64,000 bases of DNA, taken from the IMG/VR virus record IMGVR_UViG_3300036886_000214, positions 445-64,444 of that record; one strand, given 5' to 3'. Below, piece after piece: positions 8,844 to 16,246 of this stretch. Under the pieces are notes generated by a model. The model did not search any database, was not told where the DNA came from, and saw only the letters and a list, made by a program, of their open reading frames with translations. The stretch comes from a virus (lineage: Duplodnaviria > Caudoviricetes). The position numbers and the translations under genes were made by a program. The stretch's first letter is position 1. The number at the start of each line of letters is the position of its first letter.

Positions 8844-9076
8844 ATGCGATTATCATTGCTAATGACAATCTACCAGACAGAGATCAAATAATCAATTATT
8901 TAAATAAAAGAGCTGGCTGGATTAAGCAAAAGCAGATAGCAATAAGGCGTTATATCGGCCAAATAGGAGGTAAGAACGCACAAGATGCCAAGGATATTTT
9001 AGATGAGTCAATAGACTTATTTGAAGACCTGCATTATAGCTTTATTAGCTTACTTACAGTGGAGGGGTTTTTATGA
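8840..9076 (+). CDS. hypothetical protein
   Basis: SD AAGGAG, coupled. Confidence 0.6.
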   Translation: MNAIIIANDNLPDRDQIINYLNKRAGWIKQKQIAIRRYIGQIGGKNAQDAKDILDESIDLFEDLHYSFISLLTVEGFL

Positions 9077-9261
9077 GTAAAAGCTCTAAATCCAATGTGG
9101 TTAATTTTTTAGATTATAGGCTTAAAAAGATACAAGCTCTTTTTCTTAGCAGAGAAATGAGTGACAACATTTTGGATGAAATAAATGAACATAAAATCTT
9201 TAGGAATGAGATATTTAAAACTATAAAGGAGTTGACAAATAAAGAGAAAAAGGTACAATAA
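9073..9261 (+). CDS. hypothetical protein
   Basis: SD GGAGG, coupled. Confidence 0.6.
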   Translation: MSKSSKSNVVNFLDYRLKKIQALFLSREMSDNILDEINEHKIFRNEIFKTIKELTNKEKKVQ

Positions 9262-9269
9262 AAACATTC

Positions 9270-9298
9270 GTGCCCATGCAGTTTATGGGCATTTTTTT
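9270..9298 (+). terminator. intrinsic terminator
   Basis: TGCCCAT-7nt-ATGGGCA + T7. Confidence 0.7.
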
Positions 9299-9315
9299 AT
9301 TAAATTTAATTCGGA

Positions 9316-9855
9316 GTGAATGAAATGGGAATATTAAGACCAAGAACGTCAAAATTTGGTAATTTAAGCGAAAAACATGAGGAGGCACCTAAGAAAAGCT
9401 TAGGGGCATTTAGTATCGGTAAGAAAGTGGATGTCCAGACCCCAGGCTCTAAGCTACTTAGAATAGAAGATTTTATATTGCATAATATGGGAAAATCCAG
9501 GCCAAGATATAATGGTCTCAAGCCCGATGCTATTTATAGAACCTTTTATAAATTTGAAAGCAAGCATCGATATAAGTTAATTATTAATATTGGAGTTACT
9601 ATTATAGAAAGTTTAGGGTTCAAAAAGGGTGAAAAACCTCGCATGGTTCTTTGTCATCATCCTGAAGATATAAAGATACTTCTATTATTTAAGTCAGATA
9701 ATGGAAACGTATTGCAGCGTCAAGGAAAAAATACATGGACGCTTAATCTTTCATGGGATTGTCAATCTTCTTGGATTCCTTCTGATGATGAAATAAAGGA
9801 GAAAAAGGAAGTAGAATTTGAATTGTATGACAATGCTATTCAAATATATGCATGA
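9316..9855 (+). CDS. hypothetical protein
   Basis: 179-aa ORF. Confidence 0.6.
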   Translation: MNEMGILRPRTSKFGNLSEKHEEAPKKSLGAFSIGKKVDVQTPGSKLLRIEDFILHNMGKSRPRYNGLKPDAIYRTFYKFESKHRYKLIINIGVTIIESLGFKKGEKPRMVLCHHPEDIKILLLFKSDNGNVLQRQGKNTWTLNLSWDCQSSWIPSDDEIKEKKEVEFELYDNAIQIYA

Positions 9856-9861
9856 AAAAAC

Positions 9862-9935
9862 TGTCCCATAGCTCAACGGTAGAGCAAGCGACCGATAATC
9901 GTTAGATGATAGTTCGATTCTATCTGGGACAACCA
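9862..9935 (+). tRNA. tRNA-Ile(GAT), non-canonical C33
   Basis: TGTCCCA/TGGGACA acceptor, loop CCGATAA, TTCGATT T-loop, encoded CCA. Confidence 0.9.
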
Positions 9936-9938
9936 ATT

Positions 9939-10013
9939 TGTGGCGTAGCTCAATGGTAGAGCGAGCGGCTCATAACTGCTGGGTTCTTGGTTCGATTCCA
10001 AGCGTCACAACCA
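9939..10013 (+). tRNA. tRNA(CAT), elongator Met or Ile2
   Basis: Full cloverleaf, loop CTCATAA, CCA; lacks initiator features. Confidence 0.9.
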
Positions 10014-10018
10014 TTTAT

Positions 10019-10091
10019 GTTGAACGTAGCTTAATTTTAAAGCCGAAGTGTTGTAGCATCGAGATACGGGTGCAAGTCCTGTCGTTCAGCA
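10019..10091 (+). pseudogene. degenerate tRNA-like element
   Basis: 8-bp GTTGAACG/CGTTCAGC stem, D- and T-arms pair, anticodon arm poorly paired, no CCA. Confidence 0.55.
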
Positions 10092-10100
10092 CTTTTTTAT

Positions 10101-10222
10101 GGGAACGCGTAAAAGACATAAGACCTTGAACCAATGGGCGTATCCCGGTTCCCTCTTATGGTAATTACGATCTGATTCTAGATGATGAACGCTCTAGTGA
10201 AAACCTAGGGCCGTTCCCACCA
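10101..10222 (+). ncRNA. 122-nt tRNA-like RNA with CCA end
   Basis: GGGAACG/CGTTCCC-A-CCA; 7-bp arm with TGAAAAC loop; long interrupted hairpin 10108-10169. Confidence 0.7.
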
Positions 10223-10239
10223 TTTTATAAGGGGCGTTT

Positions 10240-10572
10240 ATGAAACTAGATAAATTTCATTGGCACGAAGCCATGGATAGGGTTTCGGTTGTTCAAGGAA
10301 TTATTGAGCATACCTTGTCTTATCATGCGGTTTTTATAGAGAATCCAGCACTTGAGAGCAGGGTTGAAGCTATTCATGTATCGTTTCACGATTTGATTCA
10401 AGAGATTGCAGAATTAAAAGAGGCTTATAAATTTGAAGAAGAAGAAATAGAACATACTGTTGGTTCAGGAAATTTTTTTAAAGACTTGGGCTTCGATAAT
10501 CCTGAAGAAGAACAAAAAAAGGCAGATGAGGAGTTGGCCAAATTTAGAGTTGAGCTGTTAGAACAAAAATGA
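10240..10572 (+). CDS. hypothetical protein with antitoxin-like SGNxFxDLG motif
   Basis: GSGNFFKDLGFDNPEE near C-terminus. Confidence 0.65.
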   Translation: MKLDKFHWHEAMDRVSVVQGIIEHTLSYHAVFIENPALESRVEAIHVSFHDLIQEIAELKEAYKFEEEEIEHTVGSGNFFKDLGFDNPEEEQKKADEELAKFRVELLEQK

Positions 10573-11165
10573 CCAAAATCCACACCGACCATTGGATAGA
10601 CGCACAAGTATTGACAAAGCGTCATCCATCAACCTTTTCAGCCCCTTCCCTTGAAGAGTTGGAAATGCTTTCTGTGGGTGATATTGCTAAGGTTGCTCGC
10701 GGAGATAATGAATTTAATGGAATTCGTTTTTGGACGGTCATTACCGAGATAGATGGCGATGAAATTATTGCCGAAGTAAATAATGATATTAAAGAATATC
10801 GATTTCAATATAACGCTGGGGATAAAGTCGCTTATCAAAAAAGGCATATTTACGCTTGTTATGAAAAATGGTTTATTGAAGATTATTTACGAGTCCCTCT
10901 AGCCCGAATTTACCAAAAGATTTGCTTGGGGTGTAATCAGATAGCCACCATTCAATCTAAGAGAGAGATTCAATATTTCGAATATGATGTAGACAACAAT
11001 ATAAAAATGAAAGTTAGTTATCTGGAGTGCGATAATTGTAAGGAACAGTATGCTGACCCTGAATTTGATTTTGAGAAGTATAAGAAACTGGCTGTCGAAG
11101 AATTAGAACAAAAGCTTAAAGCTGATCAAGAATTATTAGATAAGCTCAAAGATAAACTACAATAA
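10569..11165 (+). CDS. hypothetical protein with C-terminal zinc ribbon
   Basis: RFWTVITEIDGD..AEVNND N-domain; CLGC...CDNC. Confidence 0.65.
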   Translation: MTKIHTDHWIDAQVLTKRHPSTFSAPSLEELEMLSVGDIAKVARGDNEFNGIRFWTVITEIDGDEIIAEVNNDIKEYRFQYNAGDKVAYQKRHIYACYEKWFIEDYLRVPLARIYQKICLGCNQIATIQSKREIQYFEYDVDNNIKMKVSYLECDNCKEQYADPEFDFEKYKKLAVEELEQKLKADQELLDKLKDKLQ

Positions 11166-11186
11166 TAATTTAACCGGATAAATCAC

Positions 11187-11390
11187 ATGCTCATTCTAAA
11201 CCGGGAGGTTGGACAATCCATTATTATTGATGGGGAAATTATTATTAAGGTTTTAAGCCTGTTTCCAAAATACGTTAGGATTGGCATTCAAGCACCCTCT
11301 CATATCAATATCATCCGGGATGAGGTTTTGAACAAGAGGCTCTGGATACCTCGTTATTTGACAAACCAAGAAGATTCGGGTAAGATTTAA
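11187..11390 (+). CDS. csrA: carbon storage regulator CsrA/RsmA family RNA-binding protein
   Basis: MLILNREVGQSIIIDGEIIIKVL...VRIGIQAPSHINIIRDE. Confidence 0.9.
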   Translation: MLILNREVGQSIIIDGEIIIKVLSLFPKYVRIGIQAPSHINIIRDEVLNKRLWIPRYLTNQEDSGKI

Positions 11391-11392
11391 AT

Positions 11393-11461
11393 TCTAGTCT
11401 CTGTACTAGTCATTCGAAACTCTGTTGATATCCCGAGCCTAAAAAACTTGGGATTTTTTTT
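11393..11461 (+). ncRNA. putative small RNA
   Basis: TTGACA(11358)-17-TAAGAT(11381) promoter, 5' hairpin, terminator ATCCCGAG/CTTGGGAT+T7. Confidence 0.45.
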
Positions 11462-11464
11462 AAC

Positions 11465-11539
<75 letters not shown>

Positions 11540-11574
11540 ATAAAATAAATTTTAGCATAGATTAATATTACCCC

Positions 11575-11631
11575 TTGACATATTTTCCTACGTTCGTATA
11601 ATAATATTTTAATACGAACGTAGGAAAATAT
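11575..11631 (+). promoter_or_regulatory. parA promoter overlapped by perfect 20-bp inverted repeat (operator/centromere)
   Basis: TTGACA(11575)-16-TATAAT(11597); ATATTTTCCTACGTTCGTAT (11580-99) / ATACGAACGTAGGAAAATAT (11612-31). Confidence 0.75.
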
Positions 11632-12285
11632 ATGAAAAGACAACAGAGAATCATTTCCCTTCTCAATCAGAAAGGTGGGGTGGGAAAATCAACGAATGCC
11701 ATTAATATCGCATGTGGATTAGAGCAGAGAGGCAAAAAAGTAGCGATCATCGATGCTGACATTCAAGGGACCGCCTTAAAATGGCAAACGAAAGCATCTG
11801 AAAATCATGAATCACACCCTGTAGTTCACGGAATGACTGATATTGCCATTGAGCGACAAATTAAAACACTTGATCCGGATATTGAATTTATTATAATTGA
11901 TGGGTCACCAAGGGTTAACCAACTTACTACGAAAATAATTATCTTATCTGACTTAGTTTTAATTCCTGTGAGGCCCAGCCCAATAGATGTTTGGGCTACT
12001 GATGATATAGTGAGCATAGTAAAAGAAAGAAGGCTTGTAACGGATGGATTTCCAAAATGCTCATTCTTGCTTTGTTGTGTTGTAAAAAATACTGTCTTAT
12101 CAGAAAGCACAAAGCAAACTCTAGATGTGTTAGAAATCCCGCTTTTAGAAAGCTATACAACACAAAGACAAGCCTATATGCAGTGCTTAGATAAAGGGAA
12201 AAATATTTATTCTGATTTAAAAAATAGAAACTCAGCAAACGAAGTAGATTCAATCATTAATGAAATCCTGGAGAAATATTTATGA
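11632..12285 (+). CDS. parA: ParA/ParF family partition ATPase
   Basis: Deviant Walker [25 protein letters not shown]; no N-terminal HTH (type Ib-like). Confidence 0.93.
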   Translation: MKRQQRIISLLNQKGGVGKSTNAINIACGLEQRGKKVAIIDADIQGTALKWQTKASENHESHPVVHGMTDIAIERQIKTLDPDIEFIIIDGSPRVNQLTTKIIILSDLVLIPVRPSPIDVWATDDIVSIVKERRLVTDGFPKCSFLLCCVVKNTVLSESTKQTLDVLEIPLLESYTTQRQAYMQCLDKGKNIYSDLKNRNSANEVDSIINEILEKYL

Positions 12286-12461
12286 GTAGACCCATGAACA
12301 AAGAACATCTGGCCGCTTTAAAGGAAGCAAGAAAAGAGCCGTCTAAGGGAACCCATTTCGACGATATTCCCTTAAGGCTTTTAAAGAAGCTGAGGCTTCA
12401 CTTAGCAGAGACAGGCCAGAAAAAACGTGAATGGTTGATAGAGTTACTTGACAAGCTTTAA
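12282..12461 (+). CDS. small ribbon-helix-helix partition partner (ParG-like), not in ORF track
   Basis: 59 aa, ATGA-coupled to parA; [29 protein letters not shown]. Confidence 0.65.
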   Translation: MSRPMNKEHLAALKEARKEPSKGTHFDDIPLRLLKKLRLHLAETGQKKREWLIELLDKL

Positions 12462-12495
12462 AGCATATTATAATATGAAAATATATTGCTAGGAA

Positions 12496-12517
12496 CCTAT
12501 GTAAATATTTACATAGG
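12496..12517. repeat. perfect 22-bp palindrome (candidate centromere site)
   Basis: CCTATGTAAATATTTACATAGG; CCTAYGT core shared with parA promoter repeat. Confidence 0.6.
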
Positions 12518-12768
12518 AAAGGAGGGGAAACATGCAACTACAATGGGGCGATGCAAGTAACGAGGCAGCAATGGTCCTTAGCCACAATGAGGCTGGGCGG
12601 TTGATATGGCGTGAGCAAACAGAGGTAGAGAGGCTGGTTCAGGAAATGCTTGAGGATGGTGACTTGGAATAGTTGCGACAGTGTCGCAAGAATTGGTATA
12701 CGCATTCTTTGTTAACTAACATTTGTGGAACGCGTGGAACATTAAAGGTGTTTGCTTGTAGAACTGGC

Positions 12769-12784
12769 CTTTCCACGTGGAACA
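12769..12784. promoter_or_regulatory. chromosomal-type (Spo0J/ParB) parS-like site
   Basis: CTTTCCACGTGGAACA, 14/16 to TGTTCCACGTGGAACA; half-sites at 12725-41. Confidence 0.5.
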
Positions 12785-12830
12785 TTATGGGTCTGTGTAG
12801 TAAGTACACACCCCGTGTTACTATGAAGCC

Positions 12831-13454
12831 ATGCTTACACAATATTCATCTTATAAAAAGCGAAAGAGACCAAATAGAGAGCAAGCCTTTTTTGAAAAGA
12901 TTGCGAATCACATAAAAAAAGTTTTAAAAGATGGTAACGTTGCACGGCTTGTCGCAGACCAACAAAAATACAACATTGAGAAGCTTACTCTTAAAGTAGC
13001 TATCGAAAAAGACCGAAGTTCCATTCTATATCGCGTAATAGTAAGCTGCAAATCGTCAGACTCCTTAGATTGGCTGATTAAAAATATGTGGGTTAGTAGC
13101 TTCAGGGATGAAACTAAAAAACGTGATTATAGTGTGATAGATAGCTTATTGCTGCGCTTAGCCCAGATAGAATGGGATAAAGAACAAACCCCTGAAGAAA
13201 AAAACGAAAATTTTAAATTCCAAGCTTCGGCTGTCGAAAAAATCTATTTAATTCTAACAAAAGTTCCAGAAATGGAAGAATATTTAGAATTACAACTAAA
13301 ACTTCCTTATGCCAAAGATTTTTGGGAGTTTCATCGCTCTAAAGGCGAATTATCCTGCCTCGAGCACGAATCAGCAACAGTGGTCCGCATGGCTATAAAT
13401 CTTTTTCATGCTAAGATAGAATCTTTAAAATCCTCTCGTAGCTCAGTCCAATAG
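12831..13454 (+). CDS. hypothetical protein
   Basis: 207-aa ORF, 3' end overlaps tRNA-Phe. Confidence 0.55.
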   Translation: MLTQYSSYKKRKRPNREQAFFEKIANHIKKVLKDGNVARLVADQQKYNIEKLTLKVAIEKDRSSILYRVIVSCKSSDSLDWLIKNMWVSSFRDETKKRDYSVIDSLLLRLAQIEWDKEQTPEEKNENFKFQASAVEKIYLILTKVPEMEEYLELQLKLPYAKDFWEFHRSKGELSCLEHESATVVRMAINLFHAKIESLKSSRSSVQ

Positions 13455-13508
13455 AGCGACAGATTGAAGCTCTGTGCGTCATTGGTGCGAATCCATCCGG
13501 GAGGGCCA
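13432..13508 (+). tRNA. tRNA-Phe(GAA), atypical
   Basis: ACAGA-TTGAAGC-TCTGT arm; TGCGAAT T-loop; G73-CCA; two T-stem mismatches. Confidence 0.75.
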
Positions 13509-13509
13509 T

Positions 13510-13585
13510 GCTCGTATAGCTCAGTTGGTAGAGCGTCAGTTTTGTAATCTGAATGTCGAGAGTTCGATTCTTTCTGCGAGCACCA
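13510..13585 (+). tRNA. tRNA-Thr(TGT)
   Basis: GCTCGTA/TGCGAGC acceptor, loop TTTGTAA, CCA. Confidence 0.9.
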
Positions 13586-13629
13586 TTTTTGTCGGCAATA
13601 TGTATACACTTAGCCGACTTAGGAAACCT

Positions 13630-13932
13630 ATGAATATTACTCCACGCTTCATTAGAATCCGCGACTGTGCCATTTACCTTGGTATGGATAGAAATCGCTT
13701 CAATGAAGAAGTTAGGCCCTATCTAACAGAAATTCCAATAGGAACCCAAGGGGTGGCATTTGATAGGGTTGAGCTTGATGAATTTGCAGATAAGTATAAA
13801 AAAGAGCATGGGAAGCCACCTAAAATTAAACAAAAGACTGATATAAAAATAATATCTCGTACGGCGGTAGAGAAAGATTTTGAAAAGGCTTTAGAAATGA
13901 CAAAGCGAAAGACATTGACTAAATTTAAATAA
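13630..13932 (+). CDS. excisionase/AlpA-like DNA-binding protein
   Basis: PRFIRIRDCAIYLGMDRNRFNEEVRP; start moved to 13630 because upstream part is tRNA. Confidence 0.65.
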   Translation: MNITPRFIRIRDCAIYLGMDRNRFNEEVRPYLTEIPIGTQGVAFDRVELDEFADKYKKEHGKPPKIKQKTDIKIISRTAVEKDFEKALEMTKRKTLTKFK

Positions 13933-13991
13933 CTAAATACTATTGCCTTCGATTCCCATTGGATGCTGCCGGACGCCCGCTACAATGTTTA

Positions 13992-14507
13992 TCAACACTG
14001 GTGGGAATCACATAAATTCTTACGTTCATTTCGTATCCTAATTAAAGCCTCTGCTCGATCAAAAGGGAAGAGTTTTCTTATCGACGCAATCACTTCTTCT
14101 TCGGTCGCCTGAGGCTGCTCAATCAGCAAAATATTTGGATCTGGAATGTAAGGAAAGTTAGCCCCAACGCAAACTTTATAGAACTCCTGGCCTGAGCGGG
14201 GAGGATATTTAGAATATTCAGTTCTCATTGTTAGAACGGCATATAAGCCGTTGAATAGGGAGCGCGGGAATAAATCAGAAATCCCAAACTTCCATCCCTC
14301 GATAATAAAAACCTTATCATTTTCATTAGCCCAAAAATGATGAAAACCCCCGAACGAGAGAGCTAACTTCCCAAAAATATAAGTGAGAATATAAAGCTGG
14401 TCTTCAGGTTCATAGGTATGAAACCGCTTTTCCTCAAAATATATCTTTGATAATGGTAACTCACTCAATTCTGGTAATTTGTGGTGGTACGGATGATCCA
14501 TTTTCAA
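13992..14507 (-). CDS. hypothetical protein (position of helicase loader/P-like gene)
   Basis: Follows replication initiator; exact start uncertain. Confidence 0.5.
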   Translation of the reverse strand: MKMDHPYHHKLPELSELPLSKIYFEEKRFHTYEPEDQLYILTYIFGKLALSFGGFHHFWANENDKVFIIEGWKFGISDLFPRSLFNGLYAVLTMRTEYSKYPPRSGQEFYKVCVGANFPYIPDPNILLIEQPQATEEEVIASIRKLFPFDRAEALIRIRNERKNLCDSHQC

Positions 14508-15537
14508 TTCCTCTGTTTGTTAACTCAATTTTAGCTTTTTTTAACTCATCTTGTTCTTTCCAACGCTTTAAGAGCTCATCGTTACCCGACATTGCCACAG
14601 CAAGGGCGCTAGAAGCTCGCTCAGCGGGAGATCTATTCCCAGATGGCCTTGCGATAGGGGGGTTGTCTGAATGCCCCATAAAACGCTCTATATTCGGTGC
14701 ATTACGAAAGATGAGCGCAATGGAGTCATAAAGCGTTCCCCTCTCGTTGTCACCCATGTTCCAAGGAGTTCTACTGCACCCCAGAATCGCCTTGTTTAAA
14801 TCAACTATCGTCCACCCATGTTTGAGAGCACGCTTGATGTAGCCGCTCCTATTGGCATCCAATTTCGCATTAGGGTGGTTCATGGTCTTTTTCCAGAATT
14901 GGAAAACCTTTTCTACAAAGATGGGGTCGTCAGCCTTCAGCTTTTTTCTTTTAGGTGGCTTACTCAACTCTACATATATATCTCCGGAGGAGATAGTCTG
15001 TGTAGTAGTCTCTGTATATATACGTTCTGGTGTTATTGGCTCTACGTTCTGGTGTGAGAGGCTCTCACGTTCTGATGTGACAGGGTGGGTTGGAAACGTC
15101 GATATCTCTTTGATTTTACTAGGAATCGGCTCTAAAAACAGAACGTTACTTAGTACAAGACCGTCGCTATTGATAATTCTGAATTCCATTGTAATTAAAC
15201 CCAGCTTTACGAGCCTATGAATCGACTCAGAAGCCTGTCGTTTACTTATTCCAAATTTGTTAGCTAATGAACTATAGTTTCTTTGTAATTTATCTGACCA
15301 AAACTTTTTCTTGTATGAAACAATTTCGCCAGTAGTTTCATCTCTAACCTCGCTCAAGCGATACCAGTAAATAATATCGGCCAAAATAACAATGCTTAGA
15401 AAGTCTACTTTCCCATTTGGAAACTTGATATTTTTATACCACGCATCAGGGACAATATTTCCAGTGAAACGCATTTCTGAGATTTGACGAACTGTGCTAG
15501 TTACATCACTTTCAACTGATAACATAAAATACTCCAT
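14461..15537 (-). CDS. phage replication initiator (O-like/replisome organizer, winged HTH)
   Basis: YSSLANKFGISKRQASESIHRLVKLGLI HTH; YTETTTQT linker; internal iterons. Confidence 0.75.
   Translation of the reverse strand: MEYFMLSVESDVTSTVRQISEMRFTGNIVPDAWYKNIKFPNGKVDFLSIVILADIIYWYRLSEVRDETTGEIVSYKKKFWSDKLQRNYSSLANKFGISKRQASESIHRLVKLGLITMEFRIINSDGLVLSNVLFLEPIPSKIKEISTFPTHPVTSERESLSHQNVEPITPERIYTETTTQTISSGDIYVELSKPPKRKKLKADDPIFVEKVFQFWKKTMNHPNAKLDANRSGYIKRALKHGWTIVDLNKAILGCSRTPWNMGDNERGTLYDSIALIFRNAPNIERFMGHSDNPPIARPSGNRSPAERASSALAVAMSGNDELLKRWKEQDELKKAKIELTNRGIENGSSVPPQITRIE
15022..15078. repeat. three iteron-like direct repeats in initiator gene (putative origin)
   Basis: ACGTTCTGRTGT at 15022, 15044, 15067 (22-23 bp period). 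Confidence 0.7.
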
Positions 15538-15607
15538 ATATAAAATAAATTAAAAAAACTGCTGGTGGGTTGACAAGGAAGGCAACTATGGTAAAATGGC
15601 TATGCAT
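15512..15607 (-). CDS. putative 31-aa hydrophobic leader peptide overlapping rep start
   Basis: SD AACAGAGG; MHSHFTIVAFLVNPPAVFLIYFIYGVFYVIS. Confidence 0.4.
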   Translation of the reverse strand: MHSHFTIVAFLVNPPAVFLIYFIYGVFYVIS

Positions 15608-15740
15608 ACGAAAAAGCCTCTGTTTGAGTAAGCATCAAGTAGTAGGTAAGTACCGTATTCATTTGATGAATCACCTTTGAATCTATCGCAGGGTCTAAAG
15701 GAATAAAAAGGCCGTTTTCTAATCAAATTCGGCCTTTTTT
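15603..15740 (+). ncRNA. putative counter-transcribed antisense RNA upstream of rep
   Basis: TTGACA(15570)-16-TAAAAT(15592) with TG extension; AAAAAGGCCG/CGGCCTTTTTT terminator. Confidence 0.5.
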
Positions 15741-15862
15741 GCATTTGGAAATCCTTTTCCCGACAATCCCTCGTCATCCTTAACGAGAAAAAGAATAATA
15801 TCACAAAGATTGTAGATCCCCATAGCCTGAGTTCTTGTAAGCCAAAAGCGTTATTGTGTTAT

Positions 15863-16141
15863 TTAGGTTTCTAAGAAAACATCATCGTCCAGGAACCTCT
15901 GCCAATCGTCAGTAAGAATACCAACAACCAGGCTTTCAATCATTTCACCCATCAAAAAGCAAAGATGGTTTTCAAATTGATTGCAAAACCATTTTCGGTC
16001 TTCAAAGTCATTCAGGTTTAACCCGGAATCAAGGAGGATATAAATATAAAAAAACTTACAATGCTTTTTAATGCTTGATTGCAAATCCTTACATATTTTT
16101 AGGTAAATTTCTTCCGAGTGTTGTTCGTTAATCATTTTCAA
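15863..16141 (-). CDS. hypothetical protein
   Basis: SD AAGGA; co-directional with rep. Confidence 0.45.
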   Translation of the reverse strand: MKMINEQHSEEIYLKICKDLQSSIKKHCKFFYIYILLDSGLNLNDFEDRKWFCNQFENHLCFLMGEMIESLVVGILTDDWQRFLDDDVFLET

Positions 16142-16246
16142 TCATCCTTGACTTAAAAAATGTAATCGATTAGAGTATACAGGCTAGTTAGTTATTAAAT
16201 CTAGCCGTGAATCAAGGATTGATTCTCGTAATCACAAAGGACGTGT

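Noticed and set aside
9232-9298. Promoter directly followed by terminator as a tiny sRNA
   Set aside because: Only ~30 nt, essentially the terminator itself; adequately explained as operon end or attenuator.
9751-10129. ORFs 9751..9936 (-) and 9938..10129 (+)
   Set aside because: Translations of tRNA genes.
10170-10183. CTA amber-suppressor anticodon in the 122-nt RNA
   Set aside because: Hairpin lacks 5-bp/7-nt geometry with CTA centred; genes use TAG as a stop, so no sign of recoding.
12639-12915. ORFs 12639..12842 (-) and 12673..12915 (+)
   Set aside because: No SD or motifs; overlap the parS-like region, likely spurious.
13406-13629. ORF 13406..13609 (-) and N-terminal extension of 13474..13932
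   Set aside because: Overlap tRNA-Phe/Thr; real start is probably 13630.
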